60,557 nucleotides of DNA from an uncultured Anaerolineales bacterium (GTDB taxonomy: Bacteria > Chloroflexota > Anaerolineae > Anaerolineales > E44-bin32), in contig CBFDDM010000002.1 of NCBI GenBank assembly GCA_965603565.1, forward strand, positions 1 to 60,557. Reading direction: 5' to 3'. The notes below the pieces were generated by a model. That model was given only the letters and a program-made list of their open reading frames with translations. It made no database searches and was not told the origin of the DNA. The position numbers and the translations under genes are program-made. Positions 46,781 to 56,156 of the stretch are shown here, one piece after another. Within the stretch, counting starts at the first letter, position 1. Each line of letters opens with the position of its first letter.

Positions 46781-47748
46781 ACAATCCCTTTCACAGCTTC
46801 GACGATGTCCTCCCGTTGGGGAAGTGCCATTTGCTCGAGCGCCTGGTTGTATGGAAGCGGCACCTCTTTCTGAGCGACACGGCGAATTGGCGCGTCGATG
46901 TAGTCGAATGCTTCCTCATACAGTCGGGCGGCGACTTCCGCGCCAACCCCGTATGAGCGCCAGCCTTCCTCGACGATAACCGCACGGTTCGTGCGTTTGA
47001 ACGATTCAATTACTGGCTCCATGTTCAGCGGTCGCAGTGTGCGCAGGTCTACGATCTCCGCCTCGATGCCGTCCTCGGCCAATTCCTCCGCAGCGTCGAG
47101 GGAGTACTGCAGCATCTTGGAGTAGGTGACGATGGTTACATCATCACCTTCGCGTTGAACCTTTGAGACGCCGATCGGCTCGAGGTAATCCTCTTCAGGA
47201 ACTTCACCGCGAACCTGGTAGAGTGTAGCGTTCTCGATAAACATGATTGGATCATCGCTGCGGATCGCTGATTTGAGCAGCCCTTTTGCGTCATAAGGGG
47301 TTCCCGGAGCGACAACTTTCAAACCGGGAAAATGCGCAAAGATCGCATCGGGCGTTTGTGAATGGGTGGCTGCCAACTGGCGTCCACCGCCGCTCACCGC
47401 GCGGATCACGAGCGGTAGCGTAAACTGTCCGCCAAACATGCTGCGCAGTTTGGCGGCCTGGTTGACAATCTGGTCCATGGCCACGAAGGCGAAGTTGATC
47501 GTCATGAGCTCGGCGACCGGTCGCAGGCCAACCATGGCGGCACCGTTCGCCGCACCGACGATGACCATCTCGGCGATGGGCGTATCACGCACACGTTTCT
47601 CACCGAAATGGTCGTAGAAACCACGTGTCACCGCATATGTCCCGCCCCAGACGCCAACCTCTTCACCCATGATGAAGACGTTTTCATCGCGTTCCATTTC
47701 CTCCCACAGGGCCTGGGAGATCGCTTCTCTCATCGTTATCTCGGCCAT
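46777..47748 (-). CDS. pdhB: 2-oxo acid dehydrogenase E1 beta subunit
   Basis: 323 aa with transketolase-like pyrimidine-binding and C-terminal domains (VFIMGEEVG..., DTPIAE). Confidence 0.9.
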   Translation of the reverse strand: MAEITMREAISQALWEEMERDENVFIMGEEVGVWGGTYAVTRGFYDHFGEKRVRDTPIAEMVIVGAANGAAMVGLRPVAELMTINFAFVAMDQIVNQAAKLRSMFGGQFTLPLVIRAVSGGGRQLAATHSQTPDAIFAHFPGLKVVAPGTPYDAKGLLKSAIRSDDPIMFIENATLYQVRGEVPEEDYLEPIGVSKVQREGDDVTIVTYSKMLQYSLDAAEELAEDGIEAEIVDLRTLRPLNMEPVIESFKRTNRAVIVEEGWRSYGVGAEVAARLYEEAFDYIDAPIRRVAQKEVPLPYNQALEQMALPQREDIVEAVKGIV

Positions 47749-48716
47749 GTTTCATCCCTGTATTCTTCAACGTAAACAGTGTCAATCAGGTCTTCCCAGG
47801 TTGGATCGGGGCTCTCTTCTGCAAACTCGACCGCTTCCTGGACCTCATCGGCGACGCTTTCCTCTATCTTGTTGAGCTCTTCTTCATCTGCGTGACCTTC
47901 GTCCAGCAGGTATGTCCGGAATATGCCGATGGGATCATTCTCCTCCCACTCGCCGACCTCGTCTTTGGAGCGATATCGTTCCGGATCGCCCATCGAGTGG
48001 CCTTCATAGCGATAGGTCAGGATTTCCAGGAAGTAGGGGCCTTCTGCGCGGACGTGGTCGATGGCTTCTTTTGCCGCCTCGTGAACTTTCATCACGTCCA
48101 TGCCCTCAACGCGGCTGTTCGGAATTCCGTAGCCATCCGCTTTCTTGTGGATTTCCTCCAGCGCAGAGGCGCGCTCGACAGCGGTCCCCATACCATACTG
48201 GTTGTTTTCACAAACCCAGAGGACGGGCAGATCCCATACAGCGGAGAGGTTCAGCGCTTCGTGAAAGAAGCCAATATTTGTAGCACCGTCACCGAAGAAG
48301 CAGATCGTGATGTTGTCCTCTTCGCGGTATTGATCTGCAAATGCCATTCCGGTTGCGAAGGGCAAATGTGATCCGACGATAGCGTGACCGCCCCAGTAAT
48401 TCTTATCGACGTCAGCCATGTGCATCGAGCCGCCGAAACCCAGCGACGTGCCGGTCTTCTTTCCGAGCAGCTCGGCCATGACGACCTTGGCTTCGATGCC
48501 AGACGCGATGGCCACGCCATGGTCGCGGTAGGCGGTCAGGATGCGATCACGCGGTTCACGTGCCGCGATGACTCCACTGGCCACCGCCTCCTGTCCGATA
48601 TAGAGATGGAGGAAGCCGCCGATTTTACCTTCCTGGTAAAGTTCTGCGGCACGTTCCTCGATACGGCGAATCAACACCATCTCGTGAAATAGGTCCTGCA
48701 ATTTTTCTTTGTCCAT
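47736..48716 (-). CDS. pdhA: 2-oxo acid dehydrogenase E1 alpha subunit (ThDP-binding)
   Basis: GFLHLYIGQEA, FFGDGATNIG and YRYEGHSMGD motifs. Confidence 0.9.
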   Translation of the reverse strand: MDKEKLQDLFHEMVLIRRIEERAAELYQEGKIGGFLHLYIGQEAVASGVIAAREPRDRILTAYRDHGVAIASGIEAKVVMAELLGKKTGTSLGFGGSMHMADVDKNYWGGHAIVGSHLPFATGMAFADQYREEDNITICFFGDGATNIGFFHEALNLSAVWDLPVLWVCENNQYGMGTAVERASALEEIHKKADGYGIPNSRVEGMDVMKVHEAAKEAIDHVRAEGPYFLEILTYRYEGHSMGDPERYRSKDEVGEWEENDPIGIFRTYLLDEGHADEEELNKIEESVADEVQEAVEFAEESPDPTWEDLIDTVYVEEYRDETWPR

Positions 48717-48804
48717 GGAGACTCCTCACCTGAGGTCGTGCTGAGCCAGCCGATCTTGAATAGCCGAGCTGCCGTAAGGATCAGCCGGTTGTTCATAACG
48801 CGTA

Positions 48805-50238
48805 CTAAAACCCCGGAGTGCCGGGGTCTCTGAAATTATACCAAACGGGAAAATCGTTCTCAGATATTTCTCGCGCTGTTTCCGTCCTCCTGACGCCGAG
48901 CGCGGTAAGGTCAAATTCCAATGCCGTCGGGTCGAGTCCGGCGGGTATACGAAGGGACAGCGTGAACTCAAGCGAATCGCCGGTTGGGATCGTCTCGGCT
49001 GCCAATTCACTGTTTGCGGATATCACCTCGGCGGATGCGGTGCGCAGTGTGGCGAAGACGACCGGATCGGCTAGATCCATATCGGTCGGGTTGCTTAGTG
49101 TTCCTTGCAGATATAACGATCCGCCGATCGTCTCGATGCCATCAATCTCTAATTCGAGATTCACCAAATCAGCACTGACGCCCTGCGTCTTGAGCGGGTC
49201 GAGAGTCACAGTGGCGATCAATTCGTTCATCCCGGCTGCGTCTTTTCGCAGTCGTACGGGAAGCGCCAGGCCGGGTTCAAGCGTGAAATACCAGCTACTT
49301 TGAGCCTTGATCGGTATTGGAGAGTGTACGGGCAGGATACCCTGCAGTTCAATACCCTCGGTCATCGTGAGGATGCCCTCGAAGTCCTGAGGTGCAAAGG
49401 CGGTGTTCTTTATCTCGACCAGGTAGTAGGGGATGCCCTGGGAGGTGAAGAACAAGCGTGGTTCGCTCACCGTCCAAAGCGGGGAAGTCCGGTTTGGATT
49501 TTCGGAGGGGATTGCGTCGACATAGAAAACCGGCCAGGCATCTCCATACTCTTCGAAGAAATCGACCCGGAACGGCACTTCGCTGCGCGGTTCGACGCTG
49601 GTAGTCGTGAGGATGAAGTCGGCGGAGTCGATTGGTTTGTCGTCCTCATCGATCATAAACGCCTCGACGTTGCGCAGCTCGCCGTACTCGGGCTGTGCGT
49701 TTGAAAAATAGCCGAGGTACGTCGTGCCGCCTTCGAAATTCGGGCGCGCTGAGCCCCGATCTACCGTGATCTGCAGCGAGGTGATGGTGCTGAGCTGAAA
49801 CGAAGCCAACTCGACAAGCACCATTTCTGGCTCCAACACGAAATCAATCCGATCGAATTCAGCCTTGAAAGCCGTTGTGGCGCCTGGCGAGATTTGCCGC
49901 AATGCCGGGAGGACAGTGGTCTGTGCCTGCAGATTGCCTTCCGGGTCGAAGACAGAGACGGCCAACTCGAGTTCGGTGAGACCGTCGTCGGTGATGTTCA
50001 GGATGACCCCGAAAACCTCCAGGTATCCCTGGTGCTCACCTTGCCGCACGGTGATGTTGGAGACCTCGATCACCGGGACCGGGGTTGGTGTGTTGGTTGC
50101 AGGCGGAGCTGTGTTGGTTGGCTGGCGTGATAGTCCGGGCTCGCGGGAAAGCGCTGCGCAGCCGGGGATAAAGATGATCGCAAGCAGGCAGCAAGCGGCT
50201 AACATCGATGGACGGCAGTTGGATAAGTCAGTATTCAT
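48805..50238 (-). CDS. Putative lipoprotein with repeated beta-rich domains, unknown function
   Basis: Signal peptide with lipobox-like FIPGC, then a Thr/Pro linker. The start is uncertain (an alternative Met lies 11 codons in). Confidence 0.55.
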   Translation of the reverse strand: MNTDLSNCRPSMLAACCLLAIIFIPGCAALSREPGLSRQPTNTAPPATNTPTPVPVIEVSNITVRQGEHQGYLEVFGVILNITDDGLTELELAVSVFDPEGNLQAQTTVLPALRQISPGATTAFKAEFDRIDFVLEPEMVLVELASFQLSTITSLQITVDRGSARPNFEGGTTYLGYFSNAQPEYGELRNVEAFMIDEDDKPIDSADFILTTTSVEPRSEVPFRVDFFEEYGDAWPVFYVDAIPSENPNRTSPLWTVSEPRLFFTSQGIPYYLVEIKNTAFAPQDFEGILTMTEGIELQGILPVHSPIPIKAQSSWYFTLEPGLALPVRLRKDAAGMNELIATVTLDPLKTQGVSADLVNLELEIDGIETIGGSLYLQGTLSNPTDMDLADPVVFATLRTASAEVISANSELAAETIPTGDSLEFTLSLRIPAGLDPTALEFDLTALGVRRTETAREISENDFPVWYNFRDPGTPGF

Positions 50239-50377
50239 AGGCTCATCAGGATGTTTGCTAAAGGTGAGTACGTCCTCTGGCGAGCGCTTGTCTTTTCATC
50301 CGTGCACATGTTTATTTTAACCCTTTCGATAGCACAAGTTATGAGTATGAAGGCTCTTCTTGCTGGATTTTCATGGA

Positions 50378-50417
50378 ACCCGCACCCCGACCGCTCTCAC
50401 CTTAGGGAGAGGGGCTG
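50378..50417. repeat. ~40-nt GC-rich repeat unit (left copy of inverted pair)
   Basis: AACCCGCACCCCGACCGCTCTCACCTTAGGGAGAGGGGCTG. Its reverse complement matches 52559-52596 at roughly 80 percent by hand alignment. Confidence 0.6.
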
Positions 50418-50500
50418 AGATAAGCAGTCTGTATAGATAACCTCCCTTGGAGTTGACCCGGTTATGTGGACGCCTTTATGCTATGTGAAAGGAGTTCATA

Positions 50501-50764
50501 ATGCCGAGAATACGACCTCCCTATCCAGAGGAATATCGACGGAAGATCGTTGAATTGGTGCTAAGCAGTCGCAGTCTCTACGAGCTCGCCAAAGAGTTTG
50601 AGCCAACGTCTGTCACTATCAACAGTTGGGTGAAGCAGGCTGCTCTTGTCTGTCGGCCGAACGACCGCATCCAGCTCGCGGTGAAGGACGGGCGGCTGCG
50701 CTTCGCCGAACGCATCAAGAGCATCAACGTACTGAAGTGCGAAGAAGGCACCGAGAGCGGCTGA
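50501..50764 (+). mobile_element. IS3-family OrfA (transposase HTH) remnant, no OrfB
   Basis: 87 aa. PYPEEYRRKIVELV...LAKEFEPTSVTINSWVKQA resembles IS3/IS911 OrfA. The C-terminal leucine-zipper part looks degenerate, and no DDE-domain ORF follows. Confidence 0.5.
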
Positions 50765-50836
50765 ACACGGGCCAGGATACTTGTCTAATATTTGGGAGCG
50801 CGAAACGGGAGGGTTTTACATGGCTAGGGACCATCG

Positions 50837-52471
50837 ATGAACGCAAGTATACGCAAGGCATTCAACCTGCGCGGGCTCGTACTGCACCCATTCTTGCTGG
50901 CGATGTATGTCGTCCTGGCGCCGGTGGCCGAGAACATCGACATCGTGGGGCTGCAAGCCATCCGCTCTCTGCTGGTGGCGATTGCGGCCGTCTTCCTGAT
51001 CTCGCTGGTCCTGCGCCTCATCCTGGGCGATCCGATCCGCGCCGGCCTGCTGACCAGCGGGTTGGTGCTCTGGCTCGGGAGCTACGGGCACGTGGCTGAA
51101 TGGCTTGGACGATGGATCAGCTTTCCCGGGCTCTCCCCCGTGCTGCTGATCCTGGGACTGGGAGCTGCAGCCGCCTGGGGCTACTGGGTCGTGCGCCGGC
51201 TGGACGACCCGGCGCCGCTCAACACCTATCTAAACCTGGTCAGCGTGATCGCCCTGGTGTTCCCCTTGTGGACGATCGTGGCTTATCGATCCGTCTCCCC
51301 CCAAATTGATCAGCGAGTGGAAGCTTTGCGCCAGGAGCTGCCGCTGTCGGCCAGCGACCTGACAGCGCAGGCAAGCGCACAGGACGAGCCGCATCCCGAT
51401 ATCTACTACGTAGTGCTGGATGGGTACGCGCGGCAGGATGTGCTGCAGGAGCTGTATGGTTTTGACAACAGCCCGTTCATCGACGACTTGCGCCAGCTGG
51501 GGTTCTACGTCCCCGGGCAAGCCCAGGCCAACTACCATGAGACCGCTTATTCGATCGCCTCATCGCTCAACATGGCTCACCTCGAGGCGGCGCCGGGCAT
51601 CCTGTTGGAGGATGTCGGGGGCAGTCCGGGAGCCGTGCTGCGGGAAGGTCTGGCCAGCCTGATTCACCGCAGCACCCTGTCCGGCTTCCTTCGCCAGCAG
51701 GGCTACCAGGTGATCGCTTTCGACTCCGGCTATGATGAGACCGCCATGCAGGATATTGACGAGTTCGCCCGCTCGCCGGAGGTGCCGCGCTTCAACGCCG
51801 ATGCCGCCTTCGAGCTGATGCTGATGGACACCACCGTCGGCAAGTTCTTCCTGGAATTGCGGGGGAAGGATTTTGAACCGCTGCAGTCGCTGTTCGACGA
51901 CCATCGGGCGCGTGTGCGATACGGCATCCGCGAGCTGTCGGCTTATGCCGACCAGCCCGGCCCGCAGTTCGTTTTCTCCCACGTGATTTCACCGCATTCA
52001 CCTTATGTCTTCGGTCCGAATGGTGAGCCGAGGTATGGGGTTGACCCGTTTACACTGTGGGGTGAGACAGCCGCGCAGGAATGGACCCCGGAGCTGTATA
52101 CGGATCAGGTGCAGTACATCAACTCCCTGGTATTGGCCGAAGTGAGAGAGATCCTGGCAACCAGTGAGCCAGACCCGATCATCATCCTGCAGGCCGATCA
52201 TAGTAGCCGTGCCTGGGGAGTGCCCGATCCCGAGCCCGAGACACACCAGAAGTTGCTGTTCCCCATCATGTTGGCTATGTACCTGCCACCTTCCGAGGGT
52301 GATGTCCAGCCGTACGAAACGATTTCGCCGGTCAACATCTTCCGCCTAATACTGAACGCCTATTTTGGAACAGACCTGGCCTTCTTGCCCGATACCCGTT
52401 TCACACTGGCTGAAACAGACGAGGGCCATCGATTTGTCAATGCATGCGAGCGGATCGGCGGCTGTCCATAG
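50837..52471 (+). CDS. Membrane-anchored sulfatase/alkaline-phosphatase-superfamily protein
   Basis: About 5 N-terminal TM helices, then DIYYVVLDGYARQD, SPHSPYVF and ILQADHS motifs reminiscent of LTA-synthase/sulfatase-like enzymes. Confidence 0.5.
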   Translation: MNASIRKAFNLRGLVLHPFLLAMYVVLAPVAENIDIVGLQAIRSLLVAIAAVFLISLVLRLILGDPIRAGLLTSGLVLWLGSYGHVAEWLGRWISFPGLSPVLLILGLGAAAAWGYWVVRRLDDPAPLNTYLNLVSVIALVFPLWTIVAYRSVSPQIDQRVEALRQELPLSASDLTAQASAQDEPHPDIYYVVLDGYARQDVLQELYGFDNSPFIDDLRQLGFYVPGQAQANYHETAYSIASSLNMAHLEAAPGILLEDVGGSPGAVLREGLASLIHRSTLSGFLRQQGYQVIAFDSGYDETAMQDIDEFARSPEVPRFNADAAFELMLMDTTVGKFFLELRGKDFEPLQSLFDDHRARVRYGIRELSAYADQPGPQFVFSHVISPHSPYVFGPNGEPRYGVDPFTLWGETAAQEWTPELYTDQVQYINSLVLAEVREILATSEPDPIIILQADHSSRAWGVPDPEPETHQKLLFPIMLAMYLPPSEGDVQPYETISPVNIFRLILNAYFGTDLAFLPDTRFTLAETDEGHRFVNACERIGGCP

Positions 52472-52558
52472 CAGTGAAGCAAAAAAGCAGCCGACAGCCA
52501 ACTTCCCTCTCACCTAAAGAGATTGTGAGCTATAAGAAAGTAGATCAAATCGAAGTAT

Positions 52559-52596
52559 CACCTCTCCCCTTGGGTGACAGAGTCGGGGTGAGGGGT
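52559..52596. repeat. ~40-nt GC-rich repeat unit (right, inverted copy)
   Basis: CACCTCTCCCCTTGGGTGACAGAGTCGGGGTGAGGGGT, which aligns to the reverse complement of 50378-50417. Confidence 0.6.
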
Positions 52597-52660
52597 ATTC
52601 TGAAGAGCCATTTCCCAACCGTTCCAGTCTCTTCTTTAAATGTATCCATAGTTAAAAGTC

Positions 52661-52768
52661 GTAGCCGCAGGCTTAAGCCTGCGCGTGGATGGTTCGAAGG
52701 AAAGGAACTTCCTTTGGAGCAAAAGCCTCACTACTCCAATTCCAGCACGGGCTGAAGCCCGTGGCTAC
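52661..52768. repeat. Pair of inverted REP-like hairpin units (GTAGCCRCRGGCTTMAGCCYGYG)
   Basis: GTAGCCGCAGGCTTAAGCCTGCGC at 52661-52684. The reverse complement of 52744-52768 reads GTAGCCACGGGCTTCAGCCCGTGCT. Each unit folds into a 7-bp hairpin. Confidence 0.55.
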
Positions 52769-52882
52769 ATCTGCTTGACGAAGGGATAGGCACGGACAAT
52801 GACATGAATAAGAACGAAGGTCCTAGATATCCATAGGGGAAATTAATGAAGTTCCCCTACGGAGAAGGATTGGTTTAAATGG

Positions 52883-52910
52883 GTAGGGGCGACTGGTTGA
52901 TCGCCCCTAC
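52883..52910. terminator. Stem-loop terminator between convergent genes
   Basis: GTAGGGGCGA-ctggttga-TCGCCCCTAC 10-bp stem lying 24 nt downstream of the trpB2 stop. The U-tracts are weak. Confidence 0.5.
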
Positions 52911-52933
52911 CTTATTTGGAGGAGAGGGATGAC

Positions 52934-54301
52934 TCAGGCAGGCACTTTCGGCAGGGAAGCCATGGCGGCCCGGATATTTTCCTCAGGGTACTCGTAATTG
53001 ACAAGTTCACTCTTCAGGAAGGAGTCATAAGCAGAGAGATCGAAGTGTCCGTGACCGGAGAGGTTGAATACGATCACCTCTTCTGACCCTTCTCGTTTGC
53101 AGCGCAGTGCCTCATCCAGTGCAACACGGATTGCATGCGATGACTCAGGCGCCGGCAGGATCCCTTCAGTCTGGGCAAAGGTGATGGCCGCTTCAAAGGT
53201 TTCGATCTGACCGACCGCAGTCGCTTCGATCTCGCCGGCGTCATAGAGCGCAGAAATGTGTGGCGCCATGCCATGGTAGCGCAAGCCACCGGCGTGGATG
53301 CCCGGCGGGACAAAGCTGTGCCCGAGCGTGTGCATCTTCACGATTGGTGCCATCTGGGCTGCGTCACCGAAGTCGTAAGTGTAGGTGCCTTTAGTCAACG
53401 TCGGGCAGGCAGTCGGCTCAACCGCGAGGATGCGTGAGCGTTTGCCGTTTCTGAGATTTTCCCGCACAAAGGGGAAAGCCAGGCCGGCAAAATTGCTGCC
53501 GCCGCCGACACAGCCGATAACCACATCGGGATACTCATCGGCTTTGTCGAACTGCTTCAGAGCCTCTTCTCCGATGATCGTCTGGTGCATCAGGACCGGA
53601 CCGAGTACCGAACCCAACGAGTACTTCATTTCGCCGTTCGAGGTTGCGGCGCGCTCGACCGCCTCCGAAATGGCGATGCCAAGCGATCCGGGGCTCTCCG
53701 GATCCTGCTCAAGCAATGAGCGGCCAAAAGCCGTCCTCGATGAAGGGCTTGGTGTGACGCTCGCACCGTACGTCTCCATGATTATGCGCCGGTACGGTTT
53801 TTGCTGGTAGGAGACGTTCACCATGTAGACTTCACATTCCAGGTCGAACATCTGGCAAGCCATGGCGAGCGCCGATCCCCACTGTCCTGCGCCGGTCTCC
53901 GTTGTGAAACCGCGCACGCCCTCCTGGCTGGCGTAGAACGCCTGCGGGATCGCTGTGTTGGGCTTATGGGAGCCGACGGGTGAGACACCCTCGTACTTGT
54001 AGTAGATGTGCGCCGGTGTGTCGAGCGCTTTCTCAAGCTGGCGTGCCCGGAATAATGGGGTGGGTCGCCAGAGTCTGTAGATTTCGAGGACCTCTTCCGG
54101 GATCTCAATTTCGGCATCCTGGCTAACTGCCTCCTGGATGAAGCGCATCGGGAAGAGCTGCGCCAGGAAATCCGGTGTGACCGGTTCTTTGGTCCCGGGA
54201 TGGAGCACAGGACCGGGTGAGACGGGCATATCCGGGTTGATGTTGTACCAGGTCTTCGGGATCTCGTTCTCTTCCAACAAATACTTCACAATGGAATTCA
54301 T
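52934..54301 (-). CDS. trpB2: TrpB2-type tryptophan synthase beta-like PLP enzyme
   Basis: [21 protein letters not shown]... N-terminus with HKPNT (PLP lysine region) and GGGSNFAG motifs of TrpB-like group 2. GGAGG lies 6 nt before ATG 54301. Confidence 0.85.
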   Translation of the reverse strand: MNSIVKYLLEENEIPKTWYNINPDMPVSPGPVLHPGTKEPVTPDFLAQLFPMRFIQEAVSQDAEIEIPEEVLEIYRLWRPTPLFRARQLEKALDTPAHIYYKYEGVSPVGSHKPNTAIPQAFYASQEGVRGFTTETGAGQWGSALAMACQMFDLECEVYMVNVSYQQKPYRRIIMETYGASVTPSPSSRTAFGRSLLEQDPESPGSLGIAISEAVERAATSNGEMKYSLGSVLGPVLMHQTIIGEEALKQFDKADEYPDVVIGCVGGGSNFAGLAFPFVRENLRNGKRSRILAVEPTACPTLTKGTYTYDFGDAAQMAPIVKMHTLGHSFVPPGIHAGGLRYHGMAPHISALYDAGEIEATAVGQIETFEAAITFAQTEGILPAPESSHAIRVALDEALRCKREGSEEVIVFNLSGHGHFDLSAYDSFLKSELVNYEYPEENIRAAMASLPKVPA

Positions 54302-54330
54302 TTGACACCTCCGTAGTGTGGCGGGCCTGT

Positions 54331-54672
54331 TGGATAACAAAACGCCCGTCCTCGATCATGAGGACGGGCGTCTGAACCCGTGGTGCCACCTCGCTTAGGC
54401 TGGTCGAAATAAAAAAAATCCCGTCGTGATGCGACGGGATGCGTCTGGCCAGCCTCACTCAGTAAGGGTACGGCATGTGAATTGCGATACCCCTTGCCCA
54501 GATAACGGTGGCAGCTCCGGCAGGTACTACTCGGTCGGATGACCTTTTGTGCTGCGGCTCCGGGGGCCATTCGGCGTCTGCGCTCGGGCAGGCTCTCACC
54601 ATCTTCCTGCTCTCTGTGCCGCCGCTTCGACGCGTACTCTTCCCCATCCAAGCCTTTGGCCCTTTTAGATTT
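54331..54672 (-). promoter_or_regulatory. T-box riboswitch leader, Trp (UGG) specifier
   Basis: Stem I elements on the minus strand: S-turn AGAGUA (54640-54635), AG-bay AGAGAG (54615-54610), distal-loop GGUGAGAG (54600-54593), and specifier GAA-UGG (UGG = 54569-54567). Expression platform: T-box motif GGUGGCACCACGGG (54390-54377), then a 12-bp terminator (54371-54342) followed by UUUUGUU. Confidence 0.8.
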
Positions 54673-54678
54673 CGGGGG

Positions 54679-54707
54679 AGTATAGGGAAATGGATCAGAT
54701 TTGTCAA
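54679..54707 (-). promoter_or_regulatory. Sigma70-type promoter of T-box/trpB2 transcript
   Basis: Minus strand: TTGACA (54707-54702), 17-nt spacer, TATACT (54684-54679). Confidence 0.6.
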
Positions 54708-54919
54708 GGAAATTAGGGATTTGGAATTGGTGATTTGGCGGGAAGGGATTAGGTGTTCTGGCACCCGGTCAATCAGTCACCGGGGAAATCTCACTGTGGG
54801 AGGCCAAGGGCACGGCGTCGCCGAGTCCCTACGCTAAATCTGATCGAGGAGTGATCTGTTACGCTCATGCTAGACTGCGTTACCGCATCCTCAATCCCGA
54901 TCTATGATCACAAATCCTT

Positions 54920-54941
54920 GAGCGCACGCCTGCGTGCGCTC
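54920..54941 (-). terminator. Hairpin terminator after moeZ
   Basis: Perfect palindrome GAGCGCACGC-ct-GCGTGCGCTC immediately 3' of the moeZ stop. The U-tract is modest. Confidence 0.5.
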
Positions 54942-54944
54942 CCA

Positions 54945-56123
54945 CTAATACACCGGCAGCTTTGGATCGACATCGCGCGCCCAGGCGTTGATGCCGCCGC
55001 GCAGATTCTTCAATTTTCGGAATCCGGCACCTGCCAGCAATTCCAATGCGCGTGCCGAGCGTGTCCCCGACTTGCAAAAGAGCACGATCTCATCGGCGCT
55101 ATCCAGCGTGTGCATCTTGGCGGCCAGCGATCCGAGCGGGATCACCTGCGCCTCAGGGAGGGCGGAGATCGCCAGCTCGTGCGGTTCGCGCACGTCAATC
55201 AGGTGGACGCGGTCGCCGCTTTTTAGCTTCGAAGCTAATTCACGTGGTTCAATCTCCCATTCCGAATCCAGTCGTCCTTCTTCATGGTCGTGGCTGGGCA
55301 CGCCGCAGAAAGCCTCATAGTCGATCAGTTCGGTCACTTCGGCCTCAGGTGAGCATACCTTGCACTGGGGATTCTTCTTCAACTTCACCCGGTCGAAACG
55401 CAGGTCGAGCGCATCGTAAAGCAGCAGCGTGCCGATCATCGGCTCGCCGATACCGAGCAGGATCTTGATCGTTTCCGTCGCCTGCAGTGTGCCGATCGTT
55501 CCAGGGAGCACGCCAAACACTCCACCCTCAGCACATGATGGCACCAGGCCTGGAGGAGGCGGCTCAGGGAAGATGCAGCGGTAGCAAGGACCTTGCTCTG
55601 CCCAGAACACGCTCACCTGACCCTCGAAGCGGAAGATCGATCCGTACACATTCGGCTTGCCGGTAAACACGGACACATCATTGATTAGATAGCGTGTTGG
55701 AAAATTGTCGGTGCCATCGATGATCACGTCGTACGCTTCGGCGATGCGCAGCGCATTTTCGCTCGTGAAGGGTTCGTCGTAGGTGACGACCTCGATATCC
55801 GGGTTGATGTCCAACAAACGCTCGCGGGCCGAGGCGACTTTGCGTTCGCCGATGCTGTGTGTGCCATGCACGATCTGGCGCTGCAGGTTGGTGAAATCGA
55901 CGACGTCGTAATCGACGAGACCGATCTTGCCCACACCCGCCGCAGCCAGGTACATCGCCACCGGCGAACCAAGCCCTCCGGTTCCGACGATCAGGACCGA
56001 GCTCTGCTTGAGCTTTTCCTGACCCTCCAGCCCAACCTCCGGCATCAGCAAATGGCGAGAATACCGCAGTATCTCACCATGGCTCAGGCTCACGCTTCCG
56101 ATTTGGTTTCCGTTATCACTCAT
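54945..56123 (-). CDS. moeZ: MoeB/ThiF-type adenylyltransferase fused to rhodanese domain (MoeZ/MoeZR-like sulfur-carrier activator)
   Basis: GTGGLGSP nucleotide loop, CxxC pairs (CYRC, CKVC), and a C-terminal rhodanese active-site loop CKSGTRS. Confidence 0.85.
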   Translation of the reverse strand: MSDNGNQIGSVSLSHGEILRYSRHLLMPEVGLEGQEKLKQSSVLIVGTGGLGSPVAMYLAAAGVGKIGLVDYDVVDFTNLQRQIVHGTHSIGERKVASARERLLDINPDIEVVTYDEPFTSENALRIAEAYDVIIDGTDNFPTRYLINDVSVFTGKPNVYGSIFRFEGQVSVFWAEQGPCYRCIFPEPPPPGLVPSCAEGGVFGVLPGTIGTLQATETIKILLGIGEPMIGTLLLYDALDLRFDRVKLKKNPQCKVCSPEAEVTELIDYEAFCGVPSHDHEEGRLDSEWEIEPRELASKLKSGDRVHLIDVREPHELAISALPEAQVIPLGSLAAKMHTLDSADEIVLFCKSGTRSARALELLAGAGFRKLKNLRGGINAWARDVDPKLPVY

Positions 56124-56156
56124 GGTTGCTCTCTTTTCTTGACGCTGGCGATTAAG

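Noticed and set aside
50501-51099. Intact IS3-family element (OrfA + frameshifted OrfB)
   Set aside because: Only an 87-aa OrfA-like ORF with a degenerate C-terminus exists. The overlapping ORF 50626-51099 has no DDE transposase motifs and runs into the well-supported membrane-protein gene starting at 50837.
54440-54530. Tandem (double) T-box upstream of trpB2
   Set aside because: The sequence preceding the first terminator-like hairpin (GAGGCUGGCCAGACG) matches the T-box core poorly. Only one Stem I/specifier is identifiable.
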